Shown in pieces: positions 1 through 16,333 of a DNA stretch of 64,000 nucleotides (position 1 is its first letter; the number at the start of each line of letters is the position of its first letter). A program made the translations under genes and the position numbers. Location of the stretch: contig OX597814.1 in the NCBI GenBank assembly GCA_951406725.2, forward strand, positions 99,138,001-99,202,000, in the 5' to 3' direction. The stretch is from Octopus vulgaris (Eukaryota). The notes below the pieces were generated by a model. The model saw nothing but the letters and a program-made list of their open reading frames with translations, was not told where the DNA came from and made no database searches.

Positions 1-60
1 GGAAGAAATACTTCTAAGCATTTTTTTCCTGCGCGCTAATGATTCTGCTGACTCACTGCC
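1..60 (-). mobile_element. 5' fragment of tRNA-type SINE (family B)
   Basis: Reverse complement GGCAGTGAGTCAGCAGAATCATTAGCGCGCAGG..ATGCTTAG matches the head of the copy at 45956 (GGCGGCGAGCTGGCAGAAACGTTAGCGCGCCGGG..ATGCTTAG). Confidence 0.65.
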
Positions 61-3000
61 TTTAAATAAAATAAAAACAAAATATAAAAATAAAATTTTA
101 AAAAGTATAGATAAATCTTTTCGCCACCTCCGAATAACATAATGGCTACCCGTGGATAGTCTGTGATCATTTGGAAATACAGTGGCAGACTTTCGTCCTG
201 GGATGTCTGTAACAACTCTAATCCTGCAGCGATCATTTTATTTTACATATTGCGGCAAAACTTGTTTCTTGTACTCAAGTTTGGTCTTTCACATTCCACT
301 GTTAGAATCACGATGAAGCATTCTCTTTTTACTTCCGCAGTTCGCCTATTATTTCTCTAGTGTGATAGGTTTAATATACAGTATAATAGAGTAAATAGTT
401 TATATAAGAGAAATTGAATGATTTTCTTCTTCAGAATTTAATGGCTAAGATTATAATACTATAGGGTTGCCATTTCGATTAAGAGTAGCCCTCATAGCAA
501 CCTCAGGTGTCTCCGTTGTATCGGTAAACATCATATATTCATCTACATTAACCGTGATCATAGATTATGTAATAGCTGTTTTTAAGTCATTGGTTGGTTG
601 CCATTACAGCTTCTCATGATAGCAGAAACTAAGTAAGTCTTATTATTTCAGAGAAGTTAGGAACCCATCGCAACTAACAAACGAACATACCCTTCACACT
701 AGATAATGTATATTGCTTATTTTCAGGAAAAGATATTTCTTTAAATGGAATCAAACCTGAGTGCTCAGACGAAATTAATTATGGAAAATTTGATGAGTTA
801 GAGTACAAACTTATTTGAGAATTTACTTTTATGTATATTTAGTCTCATCCTGCTTTTACGAACAAATCCAAATAATTTACTTGCATTTTTGTTTTATTTT
901 TTTGGTCTTTGTCTAGGTACCTTAGTAAATGTATTTATTAAAAGTTTCGGTGTAATCATCTACTCATCTCGTTTTGCTTTTACCGTTCGCGACACGTTTC
1001 CGCGCATCCTAAAGTCGGTCACATAGTTCAATGATGTCTTCTTTGAGCATCTTTATTCCTTACTAACGAATTTACTCGCCATGAAATTATCTAAAATTAC
1101 GAAAATTTGTAATTACATTTTTGAAATCTGGCGGCAGATTAACAAAGACACTCGACGGATCAATGGTTCGCAAAGCTAAAAAAGAAATTTCCAAGTTCGA
1201 TTGCGTGTTTGCGAGCATTGAATAAAATAAAAATAACAAATAAAAATTTTCTCGGAAACACTAAAAATAGTGTTTGTTCTGTAGTCAGGTATTACGAGGC
1301 AATGCATTTGATCGAAGAGGAAGCCTTTTATTTTTAAAACAGTTCACAACACTTCTTGATTGGTATAGTAAAGATAACTAAAGTCATCGATATATATTAA
1401 AAAATGATTGCGAAATTTTCTTCGGAACGCAGATCGATAAGAGTCTGAAATAAAAGTCACTAGGTTCTTCAAATGTAACTTTATATTCCTGAGAGTTAAA
1501 TAGTGCTTAACAGTACATGAAACCTCAGAAGGTGTAAGTATCACACTGAGTTTTATAGGTAGATGTCCACTTCCATTTCGACTATAGCAATTTTATCTTA
1601 GCGAAATAAATTGAAGTGGAACTAATTCAAGATGAAAGTCAATTCATATCAAGCTTGAATCCTCTAAAAGTACCTCTGACATGTGTCTCTGTATAGCGTA
1701 GAGATAGATCATAACTATTGAAACAATAATAACAGGTATTAATCGCTTCATCTCGCGAAGATTCAATCATTTTTATTGTTATTTACAACACAGCATATTT
1801 ACACAAAAAAAGATTGCTGTGCCTCGATTCTTTATAACGTTTTTATAACCCACAATCAATCTCACTTCATCATATTTTATCTTCACATATCACAAATGTA
1901 CGTATCTCGTAATATTAAATAATAACAACAAAATAAAGCCCAAGGAAATTATAATTCCTATTTATAGTACAGCGGTGGAGAATTTGCAGTGAATTTTATT
2001 GTTTTAAGGGCTATGATATTTCTCAGAATATCAATGATGAATGTGGAGATTTGTTTTCCAAATGAAAATCAAAGCTGCGTCAATCTCTCGGTCATGATTA
2101 ATTTAAAGCTGCTCACGAGACACAGACATTTATTAGTGTCCTTAAATATCCTTGTTGGCTACTTTTAAATAAGATACCGTCGATATTAAATTAAATCCTG
2201 TCAACATTTTATCATCACTGAATTTCTATCAGTAACGCTTTTAAAGCTGATAGGAGTATGATTTAGGAAAAAAAAAAAAAAGAAAAAAAATGGATGGTCC
2301 AAGTCTGAAACTCTTGCATATTTTGCTATCAATGATGATACCTAACATAGGAGTCAATTAGCGAAACGGTTTGCTTTCGGTTTCTTTACTGCTAGCTGGT
2401 TAGAACGAGTATCGGTCATATAATTTCATGTAAGACTGATTTTGTACATGATTTCGTATATGACTGTTCTAATAATGTTTTAATCAACCATCTAATCTAA
2501 CTAGCCATGCTTCTCGTTAGTTAGATAATTAATTAAAACATTATTTTTAGAAAAGCATTATGGCTAAATCTGAAACAAAACAAATTCGTATTGTGTGATT
2601 ACAAAATAATTCATATAGCTCTTCAGATTTAAAACGAAAAGATTTAAAGTGGTTTCGGTCACAGTTTTATGACTATGATGAATAACATTGAATGAATTTA
2701 GAGATCCTTTTAAATAACATAACAAATATATAAGTATATGCTGGAGTCCCTAATGTCACATTTCTTGAAAAATAAATCTTATCATCTTAAATAAGTATGG
2801 ACATAGTTCAAAATGCAATATTTTTGGAAAACATGTTGGCGAATTCGATCATACTTATATTTCCTGATAAAAAAAAAAATATATAAGAACGCGGTATTTT
2901 TATGAATGGAAGGTCTTTGGTTAAAAGTCTAACCAGTTAAGTGACCAAGGTAAAAAAAAAATAATTATGTCCCAATAAATGTTTAATAAATGCTGAAACA

Positions 3001-3461
3001 AAAGCAAAATATAAAGCAATTATCGGAAATGAGAGACGTATTAGGACATCTTTTGACTGACGACACAAGCATTCACAGAGAGTTGTGGTGAACAGAAAAA
3101 TCCCATGAAACTAGAGGCCAGTGTACAAAAAACAAACAAACAAACAAACAAACCAAAAAGCCCACTTGTAACTAAACATAAATAAAGAATAAATTATAAT
3201 CTTCTTATTCAAAATTACAAACAGCTTACAAGAAAAAGTATATTTTTATCGTTAGCTTACCGCTGTGTAATTTGTACGGTAGAGTTGTATTTAAGAAGTG
3301 GTAACTGTAAGCAAATAATGTATGCTTTCACCTATACATATACAAATATATACATATATACATATATGTATACACCACAGAAACACGTTGTACATACACA
3401 ATAATATACACATATACATACGTACGTATAAATACGAAAATGTGCCTGCTTATACATACAT

Positions 3462-3733
3462 ACGTATGTATGTATGTATGTATGTATGTATGTATGTATG
3501 TATGTATGTATGTATGTATGTATCTATCTATCTATCTATATCTATTTATTTATCTATCTATCTATCTATCTATATATATATTTATATATTTGTGTATATA
3601 AATATAAAATATTGCATACACATGTGTATTATAAATATATAGGATTATATATGTATGTATATATATATATATATGCGTGTGTGTGTACATATCTATATAT
3701 GTGTATATATATATATATACATGTATATGTATG

Positions 3734-3801
<68 letters not shown>
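3462..3801. repeat. Compound microsatellite (TATG)n/(TATC)n/(TA)n
   Basis: Directly visible. It is the source of the spurious YVCM/IYIY ORFs and is representative of dozens of similar tracts in the window. Confidence 0.95.
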
Positions 3802-3803
<2 letters not shown>

Positions 3804-4194
3804 GCATACAAACATAAATAAAAAAAAATTAAAAATACACAAAGCAAACAAAGATAACAAGCAAAATATAAATTTCCCTTCTTTCCTTGGGAATGAGTTT
3901 CACGCTGATTTTAACAGCGATTAGCTGCGTTGTGGTGTTGAATATTATCAGATAGGCAGCAAACCGTAACTGAGAGCATTCGTACTAACAACCAAAGGGC
4001 TGTCTGTTGAAAACATTATTCTAATTATGTATAAACACATCAAAATGTGCCACATGTAGGAAGAACTCACGAAGAAAGACGTTCTTCACTGAAACTCAGT
4101 GGTTACATTGTACAGTGGCGCAGGCACCCTCCTGCACTGTCTGTCCATTCGTCTCTCTCTCTCCCTCACTCTCTCACTCTCACTCTCTATCTAA

Positions 4195-4262
<68 letters not shown>

Positions 4263-4609
4263 ATTAGTGTCTGTCTATCTCTCTCGGTCTATCTGTCTCT
4301 CGATCTGTCTATCTGTCTCTCGATATGTCTGTCCGATTCTCACTCTCTCTCTCTCTCTCTCACACTCTCTCTCTCTCTCTGTATCTATTTATTTGGCTGT
4401 CTGTCTGTTTGTCTGTCTGGATGTATACATTTTCCTTTAATTTAGTCACTAGTGCACTTTTATACTGCGCCGCCCTTAATCAAAGACTTAGTCCAACTTA
4501 TCGACTTCAGTTCACATATTTTAAATGTGTGGTTTGATCGATCTCTGTTGTTGTTGTATTGTTTAAGTAGTCTCACCGTCCATATATATTTAATAAACTA
4601 TTTTAAATA

Positions 4610-4611
4610 GG

Positions 4612-4682
<71 letters not shown>

Positions 4683-4690
4683 GTAGATAA
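4610..4690. repeat. (GATA)n tract abutting the 3' end of Tx1 copy 1
   Basis: Directly visible. Confidence 0.95.
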
Positions 4691-6724
4691 GTTTCTTTAT
4701 TGGCCACACAGGGCTGCACACAGATGGGACAAATTACAAGGTAGAGCTTTTCTTTTGGGGGATGAAAAAAACAAAAAACAAAAATCAAAAAACAAAAGAA
4801 ACAAAAAAAAGTGGCGTAGGTTTTCGATCAAAAGGGATCGTAAAAGGGAAAAAAGAGAAAAAAAGGAAAAGAAACAAAAGAAAAGAAAAATGAAAAAAGA
4901 AGAAAAGAGAGGAAAAAAGGGGAAGAGGAAAAAAACGATCAATAGGGGTCGTGTATCACAGTGTCATGATGTGCGGTGTAAAGGGGAAAGCAGATAAGGT
5001 TTATCCGTGGGAAGAAAAGCCTACGAAAAAGACCACGATAGCCTCAGTCAATATTGTAATATGTTACCACATTTGTTTGCAAGTGGGTAACCCTCTGTTT
5101 TCAATTTCTGGGTTCATAGGATTATGCTCAAGGTGGCTTCGTCATTCATACGTGCCATCCTTGCTACATTCACCCATCTTTTTTTAAAACATTCGCTAGA
5201 CAAAACTTGCCTCTCTACTCTCACTTTCCTTTTCAAGTGGTACTTGGAGAAGTTGATGAGAGATTGACCAGAGAGGAAAGTCTTTGTTTCCAATCCTTTC
5301 AGACGCGTCCACCAGATACATTATTTCGCCATAGCCACAATGATGATGAAAATAGCTCTTCCTTCCCGTTTGAAGGAAGGAGGCGTGACAATATTGACGA
5401 TAGACTCAGCTAATAAACCGACTCGTCCCACACGTGACAGCAGTTGTTCGACATACGCCCACTGGTCAGAAATTGTTGGACACTGCAGAACGATTTCGTC
5501 GCTCTGACCGCATCTCGGGCAGGTCGGCCCCGTGTTTCTCGAGCCGTGTCTGTAGAGCTTATCCCGAACGGGTAGCGCTTCTCGGTAGCACTGCCAGGCC
5601 AGGGATCTCTGGAAGTTGTCCATGGGCCCTGGTCCGAAAGTCGTCCCGAACAGGCGGGTCAGGTATTCCTCGTCGACGTCCAGGTTCGCCCCGAGCTCGT
5701 CGTCGTACCTCCCCTCCACTAATCCCCTATAGAATGCTTTGGTTCAAGGTCGACCCAGGACGGCAGAGTTGCTTGAGAGCAACGCGACACTCGCGGTGCC
5801 ATTCGCCCTTCCTCGGCCTCTTTTTGATCCACGACTGCAGTTCGGTCATGGAGACGAGCTGCGGGAAAGCGTGCCTCACAAACGGCGATCACACCTGTTC
5901 ACCGTCGTCTACGAAGAGCCTGAGATGTCGCAGTCTCAGCGCGTGTCTGAGCATCATCAACCACGGCATGCCCAGTCCTCCTTTTAACGGGTGTCGACAG
6001 CAAATGGATCACCTGACCATCGGGACGCATCCTTTCCACAAGAAGCGAAAGAGAATGCGTTCTAGTTTGGTGATGGTAGGGTCGGGACAAGGCACGACGG
6101 TCAGGCGGTAGTAGATGACTGACGCGATGTACGCGTTCGCCACCTCCGCCCGACCTTTTAGGGACAGTTTCCTTCTCGGCCCATTGCCGGGCGAGAGTGA
6201 CCACCCTACTCGTTATCTCGTTCCAGTTCTTCTCCACTTGGAGGTCCGGACCGAACCAAACCCCGAGCAACTCGACCGGACCGTCGGTCCAGCGTCCCAC
6301 GACGGAGGCGCTGGTGGACGGCATGGGCTTGCTTCTCCAGGTGCCTAGTCGCAAGCCCACTGACTTTTCCCGGTTGATTTTCGCTCCTGTTACCGCTTCG
6401 TAGTTTTTCAGTGTCTCGCTGACCTGCTCGATGTGCTCGTGGCTAGACACTATGACGGTGACGTCGTCCGCGTATGCAGACACGCTCGTCCCGCATCCCA
6501 GTTCTCGCGGGATGTCCCTCAGAGTTGCCAGCTTCCGCAATAATGGCTCGAGAGTCAATACGTATAGAAGCGACGAGAAGGGGCATCCCTGGCGGACCGA
6601 ACGTGCGATGTCGAAAGGTCTCGATAGATGTCCATTTACGCGAATTACCGAACGGATGCCTCTTTACAAAGCGGCTATCCAGCCGCGGAAGACGGGACCG
6701 AACCCAGCCGCTCTGAGGACAGCC
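4691..6724 (-). mobile_element. Tx1/L1-clade non-LTR retrotransposon, 5'-truncated, frameshifted ORF2 (copy 1)
   Basis: Minus strand encodes RT motifs VRQGCPFS..LYVLTLEPL and SAYADDVT, KINREKS, LLGVWFG, and a C-terminal Zn finger TCPRCGQSDE. The 3' UTR ends AATAAAGAAAC followed by (TATC)n. Confidence 0.9.
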
Positions 6725-9420
<2,696 letters not shown>

Positions 9421-9442
9421 ATAAATAGATTGTTAGATATAT

Positions 9443-9503
<61 letters not shown>

Positions 9504-9856
9504 AGAATTTATATAATTAAAGATGCTAGCTAGCTAGATAAATAATCATAAGTATTGATAGGCAGATAGACATATACATCAACATATTGACAGATAGATA
9601 AATTGTCAGACACATAGACAGATAGCGTGTTAACTGCATATATAAAAAGAAGGAAAATTGATTGATAGAAAAGTTGATATGCTGATAAAAGACAGATAGA
9701 CAGACGAACAGGAAGTCAGACTGACAGAAAGTCAGACTGACAGAAAGTGAGACAGATAGATAGATAAATAGCCAGGTAGCTAGGTAGCCAGGTAGCTAGG
9801 TAGCCAGGAAACCAAACAGGCAATTAGCTACAGGACAGACAGAGATAGATAGATGA

Positions 9857-9937
<81 letters not shown>

Positions 9938-10013
9938 CAGACAGGTCGATAAACACATGGATAGATAGACAATACATAGACAGATAAACATACAGATAGG
10001 TAGAGGGGTAGAT
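9421..10013. repeat. Degenerate (GATA/GACA)n tract between Tx1 copies 2 and 3
   Basis: Directly visible: pure GATA blocks at about 9445-9500 and 9845-9935 with decayed units between. Confidence 0.85.
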
Positions 10014-10378
10014 ATGTTTCTTTATTAGCCACAGAGGGCTGAACACAGAGGGGGACAAATTCCAAAGTAGAACATTTCTTTTTGGGGAGAAAAAAAAGGT
10101 GGGGTAGGTTTTCAATCAATAGGGATCGTAAAAAAGAAACCGATGATTAGGGATCATGTATCACAGAAATGTCATGATGTAAAGTGTAAAGGGGAACACA
10201 GATGAGGTTTATCCGTTGAAAGAAAAACCTACGGAAAAGACCACGGTAACCTCGGTCAATAATATAACATGTTAACACATTTATTTGCAAGTAAGTAACT
10301 CTCTGTTTTAAATTTTTCCGGGTTCATATGATCATGCGCAAGGTGACTTCGTCATTCATACGTGCTATCCTTGCTACA
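10014..10378 (-). mobile_element. Tx1/L1-clade 3'-terminal fragment (copy 3)
   Basis: Colinear with 4691-5170 (e.g. GTATCACAG..TGTCATGATGT, CCTACG.AAAAGACCACG, TTCGTCATTCATACGTGC.ATCCTTGCTACA). Confidence 0.9.
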
Positions 10379-10575
10379 ATAGAAAAGTTTATATGTAGAT
10401 GGATAAACCGTGAGATAGATAGATAGATATATATAGAGAGAAAGAGAGGGAGAGGGAGGGTGAAAGAGAGACACACAGATAGATAGATAGATAGATAGAT
10501 AGACAGATAGACAGATAGATAGACATATGTAGGTAACTAGGTGGGTAGGTAGGTATGTACGTAGGTACGTAGATA

Positions 10576-11700
10576 AATGGATTGATGGAAACGGGGTTAT
10601 CCGTCGAGAAGCTACTAAGCCCAATATTCGAATGTTCCAAATATGAGCAAAATTCCGGAAGAGATTATACTTCCGAAAGATGTGAGATTAAGAGTGGTGG
10701 TGGAGGGCAGGCCTCCCATATGTTACTTGTGTGGTGAGAAGGGCCACATGGAGGCCAGATGCCCCCCCAAAAAAGAGAAAGAGAAACAAATGGAACTATC
10801 GAAGGAGCAGGAGAGAGTGAATGATGAGGTACAGGATAAGGAAAGGAGACAGAGGAGGGATTTGAAGTGGTAAAAAAAAAAGCAAGAGGAAAGGCTCTCC
10901 GCCGGAGAGGCAGAAAAAGAAAAAAGAAACAGAGAAGGAGATTGAGGAAGAAGCTGTAAAGGATATTGAAAAGGATATAGAGTAGAAGAGAAGGTTGAGA
11001 AGGTTATGGAGGAGGAAGAGACAGAAGCAAGAATAATAGAAAGTTTGTTTACCAAGGAAGTAGAACAGCAACTAGAAGAAGCAATGACAATGACCAAAGT
11101 AGAAGAAGTGGCGCCAAGAGCGGAACTCGGTAAACAAACAGTATGGCGGAGAAAATACAGTTGGTATTTCGTAACATGACAAAGATGTACATACGGAGAA
11201 GATAATAACCAAGCTGAAATCTATTATAAGGATGAGGCTTCCAAGGGCCATGTACGGCGAAAGTGTGAAAGCAATTTTGATTGACCAAGAAAGGTATAGC
11301 AGGTTGAAAGAAAAAATGTAATGTTGAACCACCAGGATTTGTAGTAGAGCTTGATGAACTACTGCCAGTGGTGAACTGGGCGAAATAGAGCCATATATGA
11401 TTTAAAAAAAAAGAGTAAATGGTGTTTTTAAAAAAGAGGGAAAAAAAAGGAAAAAAGTGTGAAATTAAAAAAAAAATGCTAATAGGTAAAAACACCAAAA
11501 AAGACTATAAACGGACGGTAAGAACGTTCAAATGGTACTACATGTGAGTGGGGCGCATGCAGCCATTTCATTATCATCGATTTCACTGTACATTTTACCA
11601 TTTTTTTCATCCGTTTTATGTTTTTGTCTCCACTGTGATGTTGTGTCTATCTTTGTGCTGTCTCCTCTGTGTTATTGCCGTAGTACCAAATAAAGAGATC
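10576..11700 (+). mobile_element. Degenerate ORF1 (gag-like CCHC knuckle) element with LINE-like 3' tail and no ORF2
   Basis: IPEEIILPKDVRLRVVVEGRPPICYLCGEKGHMEARC (CX2CX4HX4C), then Glu/Lys-rich coding-like sequence. It ends TGTCTCCTCTGTGTT..AATAAAGAGAT, similar to the Tx1 tail. Confidence 0.7.
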
Positions 11701-12065
11701 ACAAAAAATACAATATTTGAGTGTGAGTATGTATGTGTGCGCGCGCATGCGAATGTGTATATACAGTTATACGCAGCTTAGAGTATCGTGGTTACACGAA
11801 ATCATGTCATACAACATTACTGTTAGCTATATGTATACACCATAGTTTCTTGACAGGCAGGCGTAGCAACAGAAATGACAATATAGTATTATGCGTATAA
11901 TGATAGATTGATGTACCTTGTCAAAATGAAAACTACTATTATATATACTTGTGTATAATTAAATATCTTCTATGCTATGCAAAAACAAAGAAACAAAACG
12001 AAACAAAAAAATTAGTGGATGGGTGTACTATTTAGCTGCCAGCTGTTGGTTGATATAGTGTATGA

Positions 12066-12940
12066 TCCATAGAAAATGTCACGGTGGAAAATAAGTAGTA
12101 GAAAAAATGTTGCAGGGAATAAAGTCATTGGAATAATAGATAATAAAATGACATTTAACGTTCGTTTTTCATTGCTTTAAGTTGTTGAATTTTCCTTCAT
12201 AATCATCTAATACCGTTTTTATAAACTGTAGCATCATAGCTTACAGTTTACGTATTATCATTCAATGATCAACTTCAAAATATTTAAATTACTTATTATT
12301 TACGTTATTAAATGAAATGATATTTGTATCGTGTTTCTTTATTCCCTAACCCTTTTTTTTTATTTTCGTTCCTGTGATGTTTTCTTTTCTGCTTTTTTGT
12401 GACGAGTTTACTAGAATTATTCTATCTGAGACGCATTTTAAAAAGAAAAAAAAATGTCTTCTTGTTACATTTATAATTATATTTCGACCGTAATTTTTCA
12501 TGCAGTGATGTTTTTATTTCTGTATTGTTTTTGTGACCTTTTTTTACTGTGACCTTCCTTCCAGCGACATTGTACTTTATTAACACTTAATCTTATGTAG
12601 CGTTTTTCGGTGTCTTCCTCTGGTGACGTCTTTACTTGTGGCATTTAAAAAAAATATATTTCTACATGTGACGTCTTAAAGGATTTTTTTTCTGTAAGTT
12701 TCCATTCTATGACATTTTATTTTCTGCTACATTATTTTTTTTATGTGATGTATTTTTCTATGATTTTCTTCTATTGCAGATTTCTCCGTCTTTTTTGTGA
12801 TGCTGTTTTGCGATTACTTCTCATGTTTTCTTTTTCTCTATAACTATTCTATCTCTGACATTTTTTCCTCTGCTATTTCCTTTTGCGATAATATTTTGCC
12901 CTTGAATTTTCTTTCTGTGTTGCGTTTTCTGTGACTGTCC
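12066..12940. repeat. Degenerate modular inverted repeat arrays (foldback-like relic)
   Basis: AAAATGTCAC-like units at 12066-12155 face many TGTGAC(A/G)TTTTT-like units of about 15 bp at 12370-12940. Confidence 0.45.
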
Positions 12941-14029
12941 TGCATTACTTGATCGTTCATATTAATACACACACATTCCTATTTATACTCCTACATAAAA
13001 TTGTCGCATAAATACTCATAAAAATCAATATCACACACAATTTAATACCGAATAGATCTCTAATTAGGCAGTTTAAATGGTTGGCATCTCCAACTTGCAA
13101 TGCTTTCTTCATATTCTGACGTAAAATATAACCCTTGCTTTACCCCGTGAAACATCTAACTTCCGTTATAGTGGAACCTATAATTGGGAATTAATAAGTA
13201 TTATTGCGAGAAATTACTGACTAGCAAAGTCAATGAACCTGTCTTCTGTGACATGACTAAGCTATAATAATATTTGATAAATAATAACCCGACTTTGTTT
13301 AATGTACATTGGGCCTTTTTACGATGTTTCCCTGTCATTTACCATTAATCGTTTGCGGGAAATCTTGAACCTGCGATCTACAGTTCACATCTTAATACAT
13401 TACTGGTGTTTTTAACCATGTATATTTTTCAATGTGATACCTTTCTACAGAATGCATCAATGTATTGTATGTATGTGTAGACCGGAGTAAACAACTTTTT
13501 CATCTGTACAAAACCTTCGTGGAGGGAAAAAGAAGAATCAGGTGGACTGTTTCTAATACTGCGCTGGAATTTCCTCGGCTATCAAACACTCGATTTAACT
13601 GTCCAGAGAAAAAGACTGTTTATAAATGCACTATTAGACAGTACTTAATGTAAATGAGATATATTAATTTGTATATATTATGCATTCTTCACTGTAAACT
13701 TATGTTTAATTTAAGGCTTTGGCTATTTCTAAAGAAATTAGATACTGACTCCAGATGAAATGCTTATCGATATTTATCCTATACGGCTGCTTTATTTACT
13801 TAAAGATAAACAAACACAAAACTTAACACTTTATTAGGGAAGGTTTTATATCTCGTGCTTTACAAGATTATAACATTGATCACAGCAATAACTCATGCAA
13901 CGATGCAAATGCATCATATATCAGGCCTATTAAAAACACATAAGCAACACATAAATTCTGTTACATGAATCAAAATTAAAATGCAACAGATGAACGCATT
14001 ATCAAAAATATCATAACGTCATGGGCTGC

Positions 14030-14870
14030 CTCTCGTTCAACTCCTATTTCCTTTTCATTGGGTGGTCGAGGGTGTTGAAGGTCAATTCTCGCTCAAAACA
14101 GAGAACAAATTTTTGAAACAGTGTTGGTGGTGGGCACTGTTGCTGCATCTTGCGTTCTTTACGTTTTTTCTCCAACTTTTCTTTTTCTTTTGATTCCTGT
14201 GGTGATAAAGTGATGCCTTTTGGAAAAGTTTTAAGCTGTAGTTTTTCCATTCCTTTTTTTCATGTATTTGCTTTAATTCCATACATTTCGAGAGTTGACT
14301 TTGGCTGTAATTTGTAACGGCCGAGGGGACACCTTCGCTGTTGCTTTTTGTGGTAGTTAATTCACTGAAAAACATTTGACGATAAAATATTTCTATTTTC
14401 CTTCTAACCACATATTCTGACCATCACAGAAATCATTTCTTGGTGGTGGATTTTTATGATTCGGCTGCTGGCTTTCTTGAGGGCAGCGTTGTTGGTTATG
14501 AAGTCATAATTGTTAATGTTTAAGATGACGCAGAGCACTTTTTGATGGAAATGCTCAAGTTTTTTGATGGTCGAAAATGTAAATATTTCACAACCGAGAT
14601 GACGGCAACTTTAAAAGATGTCATTGTCCTTTTGTGTTAGGTCTTAGGTCTTAAAACACATTTTGCTTCTTTTCAAGATCAGCTGGACGGGCTGATCTAA
14701 TTCTGCGTTGCCCACACTTTTAAGAAAAACATTTGTTAGAAAGAAAACTTTCAAGATGGGGAAAGTGATCAACTTAATCTACAGATCTATTAAGGGTAGT
14801 GATGTTGAAATCAAGGAGATAGATATTGGAAACATGAGTTTGGTGGGGAACCCTGATATACTTTATACAT
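14030..14870 (-). mobile_element. RTE-clade LINE 3' remnant (heavily degenerate)
   Basis: Minus-strand peptides VDHFPHLESFLS, IKKLEHFHQKVLCVILNINNYDFITNNAALKKAS, QMFFSELTT and KERKMQQQCPPP fit the RTE/BovB-type ORF C-terminus. Confidence 0.75.
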
Positions 14871-15237
14871 ACTACGAGGACGGGGCGATTGTATGAACTT
14901 ATACAACAAACACATACTTACCGTTAATAGTACAAAAGCATGAAACCTTTTTATTACTAACAAATAAGCTTGTGAACAACCGAGCAAACCACGAATGATC
15001 AGCAATAATTCTAGATTCAGTGACTAATGAAAAACTAGGAACGTTGATGAAGGTTTTACAGAATTTATTGTCAGAAACAAAACTGGTATGGAAATTTTAA
15101 AAAAATAATTGCGATGAAAAGGCTTTATACCAGGATATAGTCATGCTTTCAGAACGTCATGACTAAAAGAAATTCTGTTATTCATGCATGTGTGTGGTTG
15201 TTGTGTGTAAGTATGTGTGTGTGTGTGTATGTGTGTG

Positions 15238-15380
15238 TGGAGGGGACGGCTTAATGTTGAAGGCGTTGCATTCCTGATCGTAAGATCGTGGTTCCAATTC
15301 CTGGACCGGGCGATGTGTTGTGCACTTAAGAAAAGACATATTTTACGTTGCACCAGTACACTTAACTGGTAAAAATATAT
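15238..15380 (+). mobile_element. Degenerate tRNA-type SINE (third family)
   Basis: A-box-like GGCTTAATGTTG and B-box-like GGTTCCAATTCC, then TGTGCACTTAAGAAAAGACA resembling a SINE central domain. Confidence 0.5.
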
Positions 15381-16333
15381 ACTGTCCACGGGGGAAAATA
15401 TGCGCCACAGAACCCATGGCTCGGGAAAGGACCTTTGGTCCCTTTTTCATACTTATGTATGTATATATGTATGTACGTATATGCGTATATATGCACACAT
15501 ATATTTGTATATGATATGCATGTTATACATACATACATACATACATACATACATACATACATACATACATACATACATACATACATACATACATACATAC
15601 ATACATACATACATACATACATACATACATACATACATACATACATGCATACATACATACATACACACACGTGTACACGCATACACACACACACACACAC
15701 ACACACAGACATGTGCGATACATGAAATACACAAAAGTACAAATATTTGCGGTTATTTATACATAACGTGTTTGACGTATTTAACACCTGGTTCGTTAAT
15801 CAGTGGACATATCTTAACAAACTGGGTTGCAAAAGATTAGAAAGAAAAGAAAGATTTTGATAACTTTGGTTAAAATAGCATGAATGTTTATATGTAGTTG
15901 TTTATCTAGTAGGTTCTAGTGTGAACAGTCTTTCTTCAACTTGTGTGTTTATGTACAAATCAGGCGCATGCAAAGAACCCTTCCAGGGATTTGATATGTG
16001 TATCAATGTAACTACATTTGTTTGTTTACTTAATAATCAACAAATACTGTAAAGTGAAAGCTGCCTCTATTTATTTACTGTATAACGTGTTAATAACGAA
16101 ACAGGAATGCAGTAAACTTCGCTGAAAAACTAATTAAGAAAGAACATTCGCGTTTGTCCCTACTTACCTCTTTCTTTATGATACTGTCTATATCTTTTAC
16201 GCATTTTACTTACTAGACATATAAGACCTCTGTCTTCTGTGCTGGGTTTTTACTCCTGATACACACACACACATACACTCACATATGTATTCATATATAC
16301 CTAAACTCGTATGTATGTATATAGCTGTATCTA

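Noticed and set aside
3322-3924. ORFs of [16 protein letters not shown] type here and throughout the window
   Set aside because: They are translations of stop-free microsatellites, not genes.
13465-13653. Possible host exon (62-aa ORF after AG-ending tracts)
   Set aside because: No recognisable domain in any frame and no partner exons. It cannot be supported without RNA data.
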